A stretch of 64,000 bases of DNA from positions 40,858,001 through 40,922,000 of the forward strand of contig OX597822.1 in the NCBI GenBank assembly GCA_951406725.2, read 5' to 3'. Of this stretch, positions 25,925 through 40,596 are shown in pieces. Every line of letters begins with the position of its first letter. Position 1 is the first letter of the stretch. The notes under the pieces were generated by a model. That model saw nothing but the letters and a program-made list of their open reading frames with translations, searched no databases and was not told where the DNA came from. Position numbers and translations under genes: made by a program. Source of the stretch: Octopus vulgaris. Lineage: Eukaryota.

Positions 25925-26150
25925 ACCATTTATTCAACCACAAGATCAAGGAATAATGTACCCTTTGAAGGCCAAATGTGACTCGTTTTCCGTTAAATTC
26001 CGTTAGATTCAATGGATGTTGGCAAGTCTATACAGACACTTACTAGAGTGGTGGATGTTCTTTGGTTTATTGCTAAAGAATCGGAGAAGGTTGAATCAAT
26101 ACATTAGAAAACATTGTATAAGTTGTGGCCTGTCGTGATACATCAGGTGA
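25925..26150 (+). pseudogene. pogo/Tigger transposase remnant
   Basis: QPQDQGIMYPLKAK (cf. QPLDQGII..LK..Y) and VVDVLWFIAKESEKV; frameshifted. Confidence 0.55.
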
Positions 26151-27583
26151 AAATATTGACAACGATTTCACAGATTTTATCAAAGGGAAAATGTTATTTA
26201 TTCTATAGGTATAAGTTTGAAAGCTGAGTCCACGACGAGAAATTAGAACTAGATGAAATCTCCAAATGGTTTAAATGCACCGGTCTCCGATATCCAGGTG
26301 GTTAAAAAGTGTCAGAAGGACACCCGGACGTCATGACCTGGATGCGAATCGGCATCCAATGTAAGAAGTTAAAGAGCGGAAGAAGTTAAAGTCTGAAAAA
26401 CTTGTCTTGATAGGGTTTTCTCCTCTGAAAACCTTCTGCTGTTCAGCACCCTTGCTAGTGTATGCCAAAAGACCCCAAAAAAAACAAAAAGTTGTAGGGC
26501 TTATTACTGAGGATAAAATAGATGATAATCTGAATGAAGAAAATTTTGCAGTGTTTGAATATCAACAAATAATTTGTTGTGTATCATCTTACAGACAGTG
26601 AATGATAATAAAAACAGGAAATAATGAAAAATGACAATAACAAAGATGAAACCAGTGTAGCTGAAACGCTTTCCCATGGCAGTTTAACTGAGTTGGAGAA
26701 TGAAGTAATCAAAGGGTTTGCGTAACATGCCAACTTTACGGAATAATAAATAATAAATCTACATTTGTTACATGAAAAATTACTCAGAGAAAGTTCCAAA
26801 CATATGAAGAAGCCTCGCTTGGGTGAAATGCTTAAAAAAAAAAAAGGAAAACAAGAATAAAGGGAGCCTCTTGCTTCAACTTCAAGTACCCCGGATGTTT
26901 CACTTACAGCATCAGAAATCTGAGATGATGTGACCATCTACGAAACAGATTGTAATCTTGAGAGGGTTCAACTTTTGATCATTCATTATTAGCTTTATAG
27001 TTCTTGAAAAACTCCAAGAGAGCAGTTGTACAGCAGTAGTCATTTCTTAATTCCCATTTAATTTTTGTTAAATAATCTCCTTTGATTAATCTTGTTTTTC
27101 AAATACAGATACATATATAGCACGGTACAGCTCCTTGTAGAGTACAGTATTAATAATCTTGTATCATTTACACCAATGTACTGGTACCTATATTTAATCT
27201 AATTAAGTTTAGTGTTTATTTAATTTAAGATTCTAACAGTCCATGATGTTTTAGAGACATTACAGAGGTTTAATTAGTGTTGAGCAAAGCGACTACTTCC
27301 GTTTTACCAAAATGAAGAATCTTGTTAAGGCTTTAAAGCCAATTAAAATCAGTGCAGCTCTTGTAATATATTTTGTTATATTATATGTATATGATGTGTG
27401 TGTGTCTGTGTGTGTGTATCATATATATATGTATATAAATGTATACATATGTATCATATATTATATATATATATAATTTATATGTATATATTTATTTTAT
27501 ACATACATATATATATAGCAGAGTAAGCACATAAATGCGATACAAGGTAGGAAAATAGTACTCGAATACCAGAAGTAGAGTAA

Positions 27584-27763
27584 TATGCTTTATTAAAAAG
27601 CAGCAAAATTATCACAAAAACTGTTACTCAGAGTTTCACGTTCCCGTTCATAGGACAGTTTTGTATAGAATTATATAGATTCTAAACAAAACTGTCCGAT
27701 GAACGGAAAACATGAAACTCTGACTAACAGTTTTTTGTGATATCTTTGCTGCTTTTTAACAAA

Positions 27764-27768
<5 letters not shown>
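27584..27768. repeat. ~185-bp fold-back with a hammerhead-like motif in each arm
   Basis: Arms centred ~27675. Plus 27692-27730: ctgt-CCGATGA-acg gaaa cat-GAAAC..acag. Minus 27621-27658: ctgt-CCTATGA-acg ggaa cgt-GAAACTCTGAGTA-acag. Confidence 0.7.
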
Positions 27769-27822
<54 letters not shown>

Positions 27823-28028
27823 TCAAAGGTAGGAAAGAAAGAACACAACAAACAGAAACCAACAAAACATGCGGAAAAATAGACGATAGCACGAGAAATG
27901 GCAAATATATATAATAATAGCCGACGAAACTCCCAGTACTATAAGGACAACCTTTTACTGTTTGTTCTAAATTATAACGTATATAAATATTCCTCTATTT
28001 ATCTAGGTCTCATTCTTTTGTTGTTACC

Positions 28029-28062
<34 letters not shown>

Positions 28063-28070
28063 ATTATTAA

Positions 28071-28131
<61 letters not shown>

Positions 28132-28135
28132 TTTA

Positions 28136-28218
<83 letters not shown>

Positions 28219-28267
28219 TTTATTTTTATTTTTATTTTTATCATTATTATTATTATTATTATTATTA

Positions 28268-28302
<35 letters not shown>

Positions 28303-28468
28303 TTTATTTTATTATTATCATTATTATTATTATTATTATTAATAGTATTATTATCATTATCATTATTATTATTACTAGTATTGTTATTATTATATATACA
28401 TACATATATATATGTGTGTATGTGTGTGTGCGTGTGTGTGTATGTATGTATGTGTGTGTATATGTATG

Positions 28469-28500
<32 letters not shown>

Positions 28501-29122
28501 TAGATATATATATATACATATATATATACATATATATAGACACACATAAAAATACATACATACACACATATATAAGTATACATGCCAAATAATTTTTTGC
28601 ACTGCGTGTCGTATGTTAGAAAACAGACGAAAAATGTGAAATGGTTAAGTGCAGTTTTAAGCTTTTCAGTGTGTAACTTTAAAACAGATGTAAATACATC
28701 TTGTTATTCTCTTTATACACTGAAAATTATGAGATTGTCCAGACATGGTTTATAGCCTGTTGAGTACTCACAGAAGACAACTATCTCCACATTTCAAATA
28801 TTGCCGATAATAAATAGCTATTGAAGCAAACACAACATATATATTAGCTGTAATGGTTAGACTAGTTGGTATTATCTTGCGTTTATCGGCTGTGATTCAT
28901 GAATCATTTGCAACATGTAGTTTCTTGCAATAAGGTACATATAAAGAAGGTAAGTTAGAGATCAACTACTGAGTATATGTGTGTATATTTGTGTGTTCGT
29001 GTATGGACATGTGCATGTGTATATTTATATATACATTTCTCGTTTTACGTCTGGTTTTCTTTGATGGAGTTTGCCTCATATTTTGAAACTTAGTACTAAA
29101 AATGTACTGTTGCATGGAAAAG

Positions 29123-29342
29123 CATTTTAGCGTTCAGATTCCTGCGTCCAATTTAACACTTATTCACATTGTTTTGAATTAATCATGCTTTATCTCTCAG
29201 CTTTGAGACTTCGATGATGTGATTGCTTATTTTTAGAATGACATTGTAGGCTAGATGTAAAAGGCTGGATCAGACCAGTTCTAACACAGACTATGTAGAA
29301 TATTTGGGCTGCAAATGCTCAGTTTAAAGGCTAAATGGTTAA
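29123..29342. mobile_element. piggyBac-like MITE (degraded)
   Basis: Ends ttttagcgttcagatt / ggctaaatggTTAA. Confidence 0.4.
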
Positions 29343-29676
29343 ATATATCTGACAAACAATAGGTGAGATGTCATGTCCAGTTGTGCTTACGTTATCTTTA
29401 TTGTGTTGCATCATCGTGGGTTGGTTGTTAGATTTTTTCTTTGTGTTTGTTATCTTACGGAAGGTGGAGTTGTGGTGACCTGTGTCAGGGTGTCGGGAGG
29501 TATCTAGGAAATTTACAGTGCTCAGCATTGTAGGCATCGTTGTTAATTATTGTCATTCTAATTTTGTCGACGCCGCAAGTCCGTTGTCTCTGTAAAGTCC
29601 TCTGCTGATGGGTTCTATATTTTAGTGTCTATGATATACCTTCATTTGTTCAATTTGAAATATATATGCTCCCTTA

Positions 29677-30078
29677 GGCGAGTTGGCAGAATCGTTAGCA
29701 CACCGGACGAAATGCTTAGCGGTATTTCGTCTGTCTTTACGTTCTAAGTTCAAATTCCGCCGAGGTCGACTTTGACTTTCATCCTTTCGGGGTCGATAAA
29801 TTAAGTACCAGTTATGCACTGGGGTCGATATAATCGACTTAATCCGTTTGTTTGTCGTCTCTGTGTTTAGCCCCTTGTGGGTAGTTAAAAAAATGGGTAT
29901 GTCGTCTGCTGCTACGTTCTGAGTTCAAATTCCACCGAGGTCGACTTTGCCTTTCATCTTTTCGGGGTCGATTAAATAAGTACCAGTTTCGCACTAGCGT
30001 CAATGTAATCGACTAAATCCCTTTGTCTGTCCTTGTTTGTCCCCTCTATGTTTAGCCCGTTGTGGGCAATAAAGAAAT
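29677..30078 (+). mobile_element. SINE family B dimer
   Basis: ggcgagttggcagaatcgttagc..gttcaaattcc..gtcgactttg..ttcatcctttcggggtcgat, core repeated twice. Confidence 0.8.
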
Positions 30079-30553
30079 ATATATATGCTCCCTTATAACC
30101 GCTCATGGATATATCTAAAAGCTCATTGCTATGTTTCCTGAACCACAATTAAATATCATAAATATTTTGTGTGTGTGTGTGTCTGTGTGTGTGTGAGTAT
30201 GTGTGTACGTGTGAATGCACGTGTGTGTTATATATTATATTTTAACACCATATTTATGTATATATATGCATACACGCACATACATACACACATGCATCCG
30301 AGCAACCTACATACCTACTTACATACATATATACATACTCACACGTACAGACATGCATTCATACACACATGCATTCGTGCATACCTACATACATACATAG
30401 ACACACATACAAACATGCATACATACATGCATCCATGTATACCTATCTAAAACACATACATACACACACATGCAGACATGCCTACATACACAAATACATA
30501 CATACATTCATACATGCATACATACATGAATCCGTGTATACATACATGCATAC

Positions 30554-30584
<31 letters not shown>

Positions 30585-31295
30585 CATACATACATACATA
30601 CATACATAAACACACATACAAACATGCATACATACACACATACGTATATGTGTCCGTTCATATGTACACGTATATAAGTATATACTTTATACTTCCAGGT
30701 TTCAGTAATTAGAGGTTTTGTCGATTATATGTCCACGAGTATATAACTGGTACTTATTTTATGACAATGGAGAGGGAGATATATCAAAGTCGACATGAAT
30801 AAGATTTGAACCTACGCCATGACGTAACTCTAATTTTTGCGAGTACTCTGCCGATTCTGCCACTTTAATATGTACATATGTGTTATGTTATGTATACTGA
30901 ATATATGAGTGTGTATATGTGAGTGAGAGTGTGTGTGTGTATGTGTGTGTGTGTGTGTGTGTGTACCATTCTTTTCGTGTATCTGTGTACATAAACTCAA
31001 ACACGTAGGGACAAGGATACAGACATACAAGCATATGTAAATTTAACACATATTTGTGTGTGTTTGTTTGTGTGTGTGTGTACGTGTGTGTGTGTGTACG
31101 TGTGTGTGTGTGTACGTGTGTGTATGTGATAGAGTGTGAATGTGTTGTGCGTGTGTGTTTAGTAGATTAGGCGATACATATGCGTGTTTCGTTTTAGTGG
31201 TATATTTATACACATATGTACGACACACATATCCACACACACACATATATATATACACACATATATATACATATATATAATACATATATACATGC

Positions 31296-31364
<69 letters not shown>

Positions 31365-31506
31365 CATACACATACACACTCATACACATATATTATTCTT
31401 AAACATATATAGTATATATATATGTGTATTTTTATATGTATATATGTATGTATATACTTATGTTTGTATCAATATATGTATGCATATATATATATGTATA
31501 CATGAC

Positions 31507-31538
<32 letters not shown>

Positions 31539-31810
31539 TGCATGCATAATTGTATATGCATGTATGTATGTATGTATGTATGTGTGTATGTATGTATGTA
31601 TGTATGTATGTATGTATGTATGTATGTATGTATGTACGTACGCATGTATGTATGTATGTATATTTGTATGTATGTATGTATGTATGTACGTATGTATGTA
31701 TGTACGTATGTACGTATGTATGTATGTATGTATATTTGTACGTACGTATGTATGTACGTATGTATGTATGTACGTATGTACGTATGTATGTATGTATGTA
31801 TGTATGTATG

Positions 31811-31841
<31 letters not shown>

Positions 31842-32088
31842 TTAAAACTCCAAATCGGGAGTCAGCCATGTTATTTGTAATTATATTTCGCTAATGCTCC
31901 CCACCTTAATGTGTTTATTCAATTTTGATGATAAAAATCTCAAAGAATCTTCGGCAGACTTTTTCGCTTAGGCGAGTCGTTTCGCCAAAGCACTGGCATC
32001 GCCTTCCTTCCATTTCCCTCCATCTCCCTCCGTTTCTTCATTATCATCACCCACCGCCACCACCACCACCACCACCACCACCACCACC

Positions 32089-32136
<48 letters not shown>

Positions 32137-32238
32137 GTCATCAATGCCAGCAGCGCCAACACTATCTCTCTTCCATTCCCTTCTATGATATTATTACTCC
32201 ATGCAATGTAGACAGAAGAGAGAGAGGAGGTGTGTGTG

Positions 32239-32273
<35 letters not shown>

Positions 32274-33463
32274 GTGCGCGTGTGTGTGTGTGTGTGTGTA
32301 GGGGGGTCGGCGGGAGAGAATTGTTTGTAAATCTACTTTGTGTATAAAACTAATTAACGTTAGATAATTAAAATAAACACACAAGTATTGTCTATGAGAA
32401 GTTATTTCCAGGTGAAATGATGTGTGCAAAGTAGAACATGAAATTCGCCTTTGAAACTGGGCGGAAAATATATAGAGAGGTGAGGAGGTAGGTGGGGCGC
32501 GGGAGGAGGAGGTAGGTAGGTAGGAAGAGAAGGAGGGGAGGGAAAGGAAGAAGAGGAGGAGAGAGAAAACTAATTAGGGTGTTGGAAGGAGGTGGTGTCT
32601 GTACGAGGTAGGAGGGCGGAACTATCGTGGTCGTTGTTATTGTTATTATTGTGTTGGTGATATTGGTGGCGGTGGTGGTGGTGATGGTGGTGGTGGTGAT
32701 GGTGGTGGTGGTGATGGTGGTGGTGGTGGTTTAGATTTTGTTATTGTTATTGTTGTGATAGACGTTGTTGTTGTTGTTGTAATTGTTGTTTGTGTTTGGT
32801 ATTGGTGGTGTTAGTGGTGGCGGTGGTGTTGATGATGGAGTTGGGTTTTTGCTGGTGTTGATGATAGTGTTGGTAGTGGTGTTGGTGGTGGTGGTGGTGG
32901 TGTTGGTGTTGGTGACGGTGATGAGGATGTTAATGGTGATGATGGTGATGCGCCTGTTGTTGGTGTTGGTAACGGTGGCGGCGGCGGCGGGGCGGCGGCG
33001 GCGGCGGTGGTTGTGATGGTGGTGGAGTGTTGGTAGCGGTGGTTGTGATGGTGGTGGAGTGTTGGTAGCGGTGTTGTCGTTGATGCTGTTGCTGCTGCTG
33101 CTGTTGCTTCTGCTGCTGCTGTTGCTGCTGTTGCTGCTGCTGCTGGTTCAGGTGGAGGTGGAAGTGGTGGTGGTGGTGGTACTGGTCCCTATAGTTGTTC
33201 TTTGTGCATGTTGTCATTATTGTATGTGATATTACACTTGGTATTGTCATTGTTTGTGTCGCAGGTGGTGCTGTTATTGTTGTTGTTGTTATTATTGTTG
33301 TTGTTATGGTGGCGTTGATGGGTGCCGTGGTGGGTCGGTGGGGTCTCATTTGTTTTTGTAACTGTGGTGTTTATTGTTTTGGAGACAACGCTGTCGAGGT
33401 TGCTATTGTTGTCGCTGTTGATCTTGTTGATATTACATATGTGATAACGCTGTCGTTGTTGAC

Positions 33464-33503
<40 letters not shown>

Positions 33504-34075
33504 GTGGTGGTGGTGATGTCATACATACATACATACAGTGTGTGTTATTATTGTCCTTGATGGTGGTGGCGGCAGTGGTGGTGCTGCTGGGTTAGGTGGG
33601 CTGCTCCTGATGTCAAAGACTTGGTGAAGTAACGGGGATAATGGCCGTTGGATTGTTGTTCTTGATGGTGGTGGTGGTGGTGGTGTGGTGGTGGTGGTGG
33701 TGGTGGTGGTGGTTACAGTGTTGTTGTTGATCATGACGACGATGGCAATGGTGATGGTGATGGCGGTAGAAATAGTGTTATAATGGTATTGTAGTTGTTG
33801 TCGCATGAAATGATGTCTTCGCTGTTCAACCCTAGGTCATTCCTCGTCCAGTAGTCACATCATCAAACATGTTCGAATCAGCACCAATGGCTCTTATATT
33901 CCATAAGAACATCTAACATTATATAGCAAGTCCTTTTCTCAAGATGACAGAGGGAGGTTTGACTGCTATTTCTTGCTGATTTTGCTACAACATAATGCAC
34001 CCCCCACAAGTCCATATCTGTTTATTTGTCAATCACTCTATCAACCGCTCTTCCTATCTAGCTATCTGTCTATCT

Positions 34076-34158
<83 letters not shown>

Positions 34159-34270
34159 CTCAGAGATTTGCAAGCTCTTCTAAATCCATTGCAGTATAGG
34201 TACATATGTGTAAATACATATATATATATATGCATGCATACATCCATACACACACACGCGCGCGCGCGCG

Positions 34271-34600
<330 letters not shown>

Positions 34601-34613
34601 GCATATGTATATG

Positions 34614-34650
<37 letters not shown>

Positions 34651-34657
34651 GTATATG

Positions 34658-34737
<80 letters not shown>

Positions 34738-34763
34738 AAGAAAAACAGGATGCAAAGGATTTA

Positions 34764-34850
34764 GCGGTACATATGTTTCTGGCTTTATTGGACAATTTAT
34801 ATCAATGCATAATTGATGTAACATGTATGTCAATAGCCTTCTTCAGCCGC
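34764..34850 (-). ncRNA. Canonical type I hammerhead in a ~200-bp island between (TA)n tracts
   Basis: gcgg-CTGAAGA-aggctattgac...gtccaataaagcca-GAAAC-ATAT-GTA-ccgc. Confidence 0.8.
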
Positions 34851-35035
34851 GCACAATTACCACATTAAAGACATGTATTACATTATAGCAGGTTTGAGAA
34901 GTTTGGGAAAAATACGGGTTTCCTTGGGGATGCAAATACATATATATATATATGTATATGTATATGTATATATGTATATGTATATGTATATATATATATG
35001 TATATATGTATATGTGTATATATATATGTATATAT

Positions 35036-35268
35036 ATTTCTTTACTACCCACAAGGGGCTAAACACAGAGGAGACAAACAAGGACAGACAAACGGATTAA
35101 GTCGATTACATCGACCCCCAGTGCGTAACTGGTACTTAATTTATCGACCCCGGAAGGATGAAAGGCAAAGTCGACCTCGGCGGAATTTGAACTCGGAACG
35201 TAACGGCAGACGAAATACAGCAACGCATTTCGCCCGGCATGCTAACGTTTCTGCCAGCTCGCCGCCTT
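35036..35268 (-). mobile_element. SINE family B, full length
   Basis: Head ggcggcgagctggcagaaacgttagc through tail agccccttgtgggtagtaaagaaa. Confidence 0.85.
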
Positions 35269-35320
35269 AATATATATATGTATATATGTATATGTATATA
35301 TATATATATGTATATATGTG

Positions 35321-35449
<129 letters not shown>

Positions 35450-35509
35450 GTATATGTAATTCATAACTTATTTATAGGTATGTATGTATGTATGTATGTA
35501 TAGTATCAT

Positions 35510-35850
35510 TTACTTCTTTCATCCATTAGACTGCGGCATGATGTGGTACCGCCTTGAAGACTTCTTTGTCGAATGAATCAGTCCTGTCGAACTGCTATAT
35601 CACGAGAACGTAAACATATCAACACCGGACATAGACAAACATAGACGCAAAGACACTCACGTACACATAGATATAGATGTATACATGTATACGCCAGACT
35701 TCTTTTAGTTTCCATCTAGCACATCCACTCACGAGGCTTTGGTCGGCCCGAGGCTATATTAGAAGGCAGTTGCCCAAGGTGCCATGCAGTGGGACTGAAC
35801 CCAGAACCATGTGTTTGGGCAGCAAGATTCTTACCACACAGCCACATATG
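35510..35850 (-). mobile_element. SINE family A, diverged
   Basis: Family consensus blocks present. Confidence 0.7.
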
Positions 35851-36489
35851 AGATTCTCAAAAATGTGCTTCCGATCACAACCAAGCAACAGAGAAACCAA
35901 GAAAAATAAGAATTAATACTTTTAAATACTCTGAAAATTCAATCACTCCGTCTCTGGCATCGGGAATCTACACATCAATAGTTTATCCTTGCAAAGGTAA
36001 TCAATTGTACAACTGATACCCAAAAGGATTAAGGAATATGACTAAGGTTCCCTCTGGGTGGTCTACAAATGAGCCAAGGGCCAGCCCAGCCGTTGTACAG
36101 ATGGTTGCTTTGAGTGTCTTGTTAGATAGCTCAACAACCTACACTGAATCGTTGATGAAACTAAAAATGGTAAAGTGAATACAATATTGGCTATTTAGAT
36201 ACATAGAGACGACCAGTGAGAACATGAGATATTGAAATCTAAACTCGATGTCCCAGGAGGGGTTAATTTGTGGTGGATAAAGCAAACTAAAATACAATTT
36301 CACAAGAGCTATAAATATGCATGTATGTGTGTGTTGTGTGTGTGTATGTGCATGCGTGCGCGTGTGTGAGTGCGTATGTGCGTAAGAATGAAATGTGAGT
36401 ATAAGACAAAAGAGATTCGATACCTGATGTTAGAGTGCCAGATATACGTAGAGAGAGCGGTGGGTTATATGGTTACATGATATATAATA

Positions 36490-36556
<67 letters not shown>

Positions 36557-36681
36557 CATGTATGTATGCATGTATATATATGTATATGCATACATACATA
36601 TATGTATGCATTTATGTATATAGATGTATATGCATACATTTATATATATATGTAATGTATATCTGTCTATATACATATATA

Positions 36682-36741
<60 letters not shown>

Positions 36742-36851
36742 TTTATACGTGTGCACAATACATATATATATATATATATATACATATGTCTATCTATCTG
36801 TATACCTGTCTTTACACATATATACATAAACACACATATATATATATATAT

Positions 36852-36912
<61 letters not shown>

Positions 36913-36917
<5 letters not shown>

Positions 36918-37698
36918 ATTGGAGGAAGAAATATTAATAACCTTCGCTATGCAGATGATACAACCCTGCTGGCGGAGAGTGGTAGGATCTGGAGGATCTT
37001 GTCCTGCTGGTCAAGAAAGAGAGTGAGAAATTTGGGTTGTGCCGCAATGTTAAGAAAACGAAGATCATGTCAACAGCAGCCACAACAAACATCAGCATCA
37101 AGATCGATAATGAAGGGATCGAAGTGGTTGATGATTTCACCTTCCTTGCCTCCAAAATAAATCGAGATGGTGACTGCACTCCAGAAATAAGACGGCGGAT
37201 AGTACTAGGCAGAGAGGCAATGATCAGTATGAGCAGTGTCTGGAAGAGTAGAGACATCAGACTCGCTACCAAATGCAGATTGGTGAATGCAATTGTCTTC
37301 CCAATAGCAACATATGGATGCGAGACCTGGACACTAAAGAAAGCTGACCAGAAGAGAATTAATGCATTCGAGCTTTGGTGTTGTAGAAGACTTTTGCGGA
37401 TTCCATGGACAGCGAGGCTCACCAATGGAGAAGTTCTTAAGCAGATTAGGCCGAAAATGCCGCTAGAAGCTAGAATCACCAAGCATAGATTAGCATATTT
37501 CGGTCATATTATGCGGAGAAAATCCCTGGAGAAGGACATCATGCTTGGAATGGTCAGTGGCAAGAGAGGAAGAGGCCGACCAAGAACGCGCTGGATTGAC
37601 ACCATCAAGAGTGATACCGGAATGGACATAGCCAGGATAGAACTGACTGGAGGACACTGATCCAACGAGTAACCGAAAGTCGACTTCGACTGAGCGGA
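36913..37698 (+). pseudogene. RTE-clade LINE 3' fragment (RT C-terminus)
   Basis: NINNLRYADDTTLLAES, TYGCETWT, FELWC.RRLLRIPWT, GKRGRGRPRTRW; frameshifted and 5'-truncated. Confidence 0.9.
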
Positions 37699-37705
37699 TA
37701 TATAT

Positions 37706-39151
37706 AAACTGAAGGAAGGTAAAATATGCCCTATTCATAAAAGAGGTAGCAGAGCGGAGGCCAAGAACTACAGACCTATCTCTCTGACCTCACACATCAG
37801 CAAGGGCATGGAACGAATAGTCAGAAGGAAACTAATCACCTTCCTTGAGGAAAATGACTTGCTGCCTGACACCCAACATGGTTTCCGACCAAGAAGAAGC
37901 TGCTTAACTCAGCTCCTACAACACTATGACTGGGTGCTGAAACGACTGCTCAACCACTCAAATGTGGAAGTCATATATCTCGACTTTGCAAAGGCCTTTG
38001 ATAAAGTCGATCATGGAATGATATGTCACAGACTGCGTGATCTTAGCATAGTTGGAAAATTGGGAGAATGGCATCATGACTTTCTGAAGGATAGAAGTCA
38101 GGTGGTGGTAGCCAATGGGGCCACCTCCAATAACATGCAAATAGTGAGCGGTGTTCCGCAAGGCACTGTTTTGGGACCACTACTGTTCATAATGGCCCTC
38201 TCAGACATGCCCCCAGCCACGCAGAGAGCCACGATCACAAGTTATGCAGATGATACAAAAGTTTCACAGGCAATACAGAACCCTGAAGACACTATGCACC
38301 TGCAATGTGAGCTGAACAAAATATACAAGTGGGCTGAAAAGAATAGCATGCAGTTCAATGCTGAAAAGTTTCAAGCTTTATGCTATCAGCATGCAAAACT
38401 AAATGCAATACCCAATAAATACACGGGACCTGGAGGGATTGCAATCCCAGAGGCACAATCAGTGCGAGACCTGGGTATTTACATGAGTGATGATGCAACC
38501 TTTCATGTGCATATTGCTAAATTGGCAATGAAATGTAGGCGGCTGACCGGATGGATTCTTAGAACCTTTAGAACAAGAGACCAGGAAACCATGATGGTCC
38601 TCTGGAGGATACTTGTCCTAAGCCACTTTGACTATTGCTCTCAGCTGTGGTCACCATCCAGTGTCAAGTTAATCACAGAACTTGAGGCGAGCCAACGAAG
38701 CTACACGAAGCTAGCCTCTGTGCAGCATATAAGCTACTGGGAAAGACTCAAGAGATTAAGACTTTATTCCTTAGAGCGTAGGCGAGAAAGATATGCCATA
38801 ATATACATCTGGAAGATCCTAGAAGGACTTGTCCCAAACTTTGGCATCGAGAGTTACACAAATGTTAGAACTGGGCGCCACTGCATAGTGCCAAGGACTC
38901 CAAATTTGCCATCAAGATGTAGGACAAGATACTGTGATAGCCCGGGCTTCAGAGGCCCACAGCTCTTCAATATCCTCCTGAATAACCTGAGAGACCGGCA
39001 TGGGGTGGACGCAGATGTCTTTAAAATAAAACTGGATCTCTTCCTGTCAGGTGTCCCAGATGAACCAACTTCACGGCAGGAGGTGCAGATGAGGGCAGCT
39101 GCATCGAACTCTCTCATGCACCAGATGGCAATTGCTAAAAAGCATTCGTGA
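37706..39151 (+). pseudogene. CR1/Jockey-group LINE ORF2 fragment (open RT domain, 5'-truncated)
   Basis: NYRPISLTS, QHGFR..RSCLTQL, YLDFAKAFDKVDH, SGVPQGTVLGPLLF, YADDTK, RDLGI, DYCSQLWSP, LYSLERRR; 3' tail to ~39245. Confidence 0.92.
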
Positions 39152-39414
39152 AGTAAAATTATGTAGCAACACCAAATGGCGGTGCCCCAGCATGGCCACA
39201 GCTCGTGAGCTGAAACTAGATAAGATAAAATAAAAAATTAAAATAAATATATATGTATGTATGTATGTATGTATATACATATGGATCAAAACACTTTGAT
39301 TCAAATTCGTTGGTACTCCGAGTTTTTTCGTTTCTTCACTCACTCCTGTATGTATACACACTCACACATCCACACACATACACACACGCACACGCACACA
39401 CTCACACATACACA

Positions 39415-39722
39415 CACATCTGTTGCGTTACCAACCCGGTCTCCACTCTTTTGGCTTTAAAAACCTACTTTGCTCTTGTTATCGTAAACTTCCGCCTTTC
39501 ACCATGTGTACTTCGTAAACACCAGTCGTTTTTTTCTCCATCTCTTGTTGCCCACTTTGGGATCTTTCTTTCCTCTCTCTTCCTTCTTTATGTTTCCGAC
39601 GAAGAGCTCCGCTCGAAACGTCATACCTTCCTGCTTCCATATTTCCTGAGCGCCTATTAATAATAATACTGTAATTGTTCCACTGTTGTTGTTTTTTTTG
39701 TTTTCCCGTTTGGATTAAAATT
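39415..39722 (+). mobile_element. Dispersed non-coding repeat with an HHR-like motif (copies at 61645-61952 and 1190-1272 minus; related motif at 60186-60222 minus)
   Basis: Near-identical to 61645-61952; CCGACGA-agagc tcc gctc-GAAAC-GTC at 39596-39622. Confidence 0.7.
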
Positions 39723-40156
39723 ATACATATATATATATATGTATTAAATGCCAAAATAATTTCTGTGTGTCAGTGTGTCACAGTTAGACCTTCTCGCAAT
39801 TCAATGGCACTCCTACTAATCCTAATGATGGGGTGAGTAAGCATAGGAGACGGTGAGGGCGGTGGCGAAGACAAAGAGAGAGAGAGATATTGAGTGAGTG
39901 AGAGAAAGAGAGAGAAAGAAAGAAAAAGAGAGGGAGTGACAAAGAAATTTAGGGAGAAATTTTATGCTGACCGTGGCAGCAGGAGTAATAATGAAAGTAA
40001 GAGAAAGAGTGGATATGTGAGAGAAAGAGGGAGATGATGTACAACTTAGTTTAACTACGTCTTTTCGATAGAAATTCCTGTGGCCAACATACTGAGCCCT
40101 ATCATTTTTGTTTTTATTATTTTGCTTTCTTTAATACATACACACACGCACACACG

Positions 40157-40197
<41 letters not shown>

Positions 40198-40520
40198 CAC
40201 TTTAAGTGAATTTAAATTTCCCAATAATTAAACATATCTAATATACTAAATGTGAATGTCAGACTAACTCCGTGAGTAAATAAAAAAATACTCGGGGCCG
40301 AATCCAGACCTCCAATCCTGAAATTTTGGTTTCTTACGCTTTCATTACTGCTTTTGTTTCCGGCGATTTTTATTTTTTTTTACATGATGTTTTGCAACGA
40401 ATGTGATCATCATTGGGATATGACTCTGAAGGAAGTAATTGTAACAAATTCTCCAAAACAAGTCAGAGCTCTGTTTCCAGATCTTCCCATTCATGGTCAG
40501 TTGCTGAAAAGCTATAAAGC

Positions 40521-40596
<76 letters not shown>

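Noticed and set aside
36913-39151. A single double-RT gene
   Set aside because: Two independent 5'-truncated LINEs of different clades, separated by a short TA run
40423-40470. Hammerhead-like CTGAAGG...AAAAC-AA-GTC-agag
   Set aside because: Both core boxes mutated; too decayed to call
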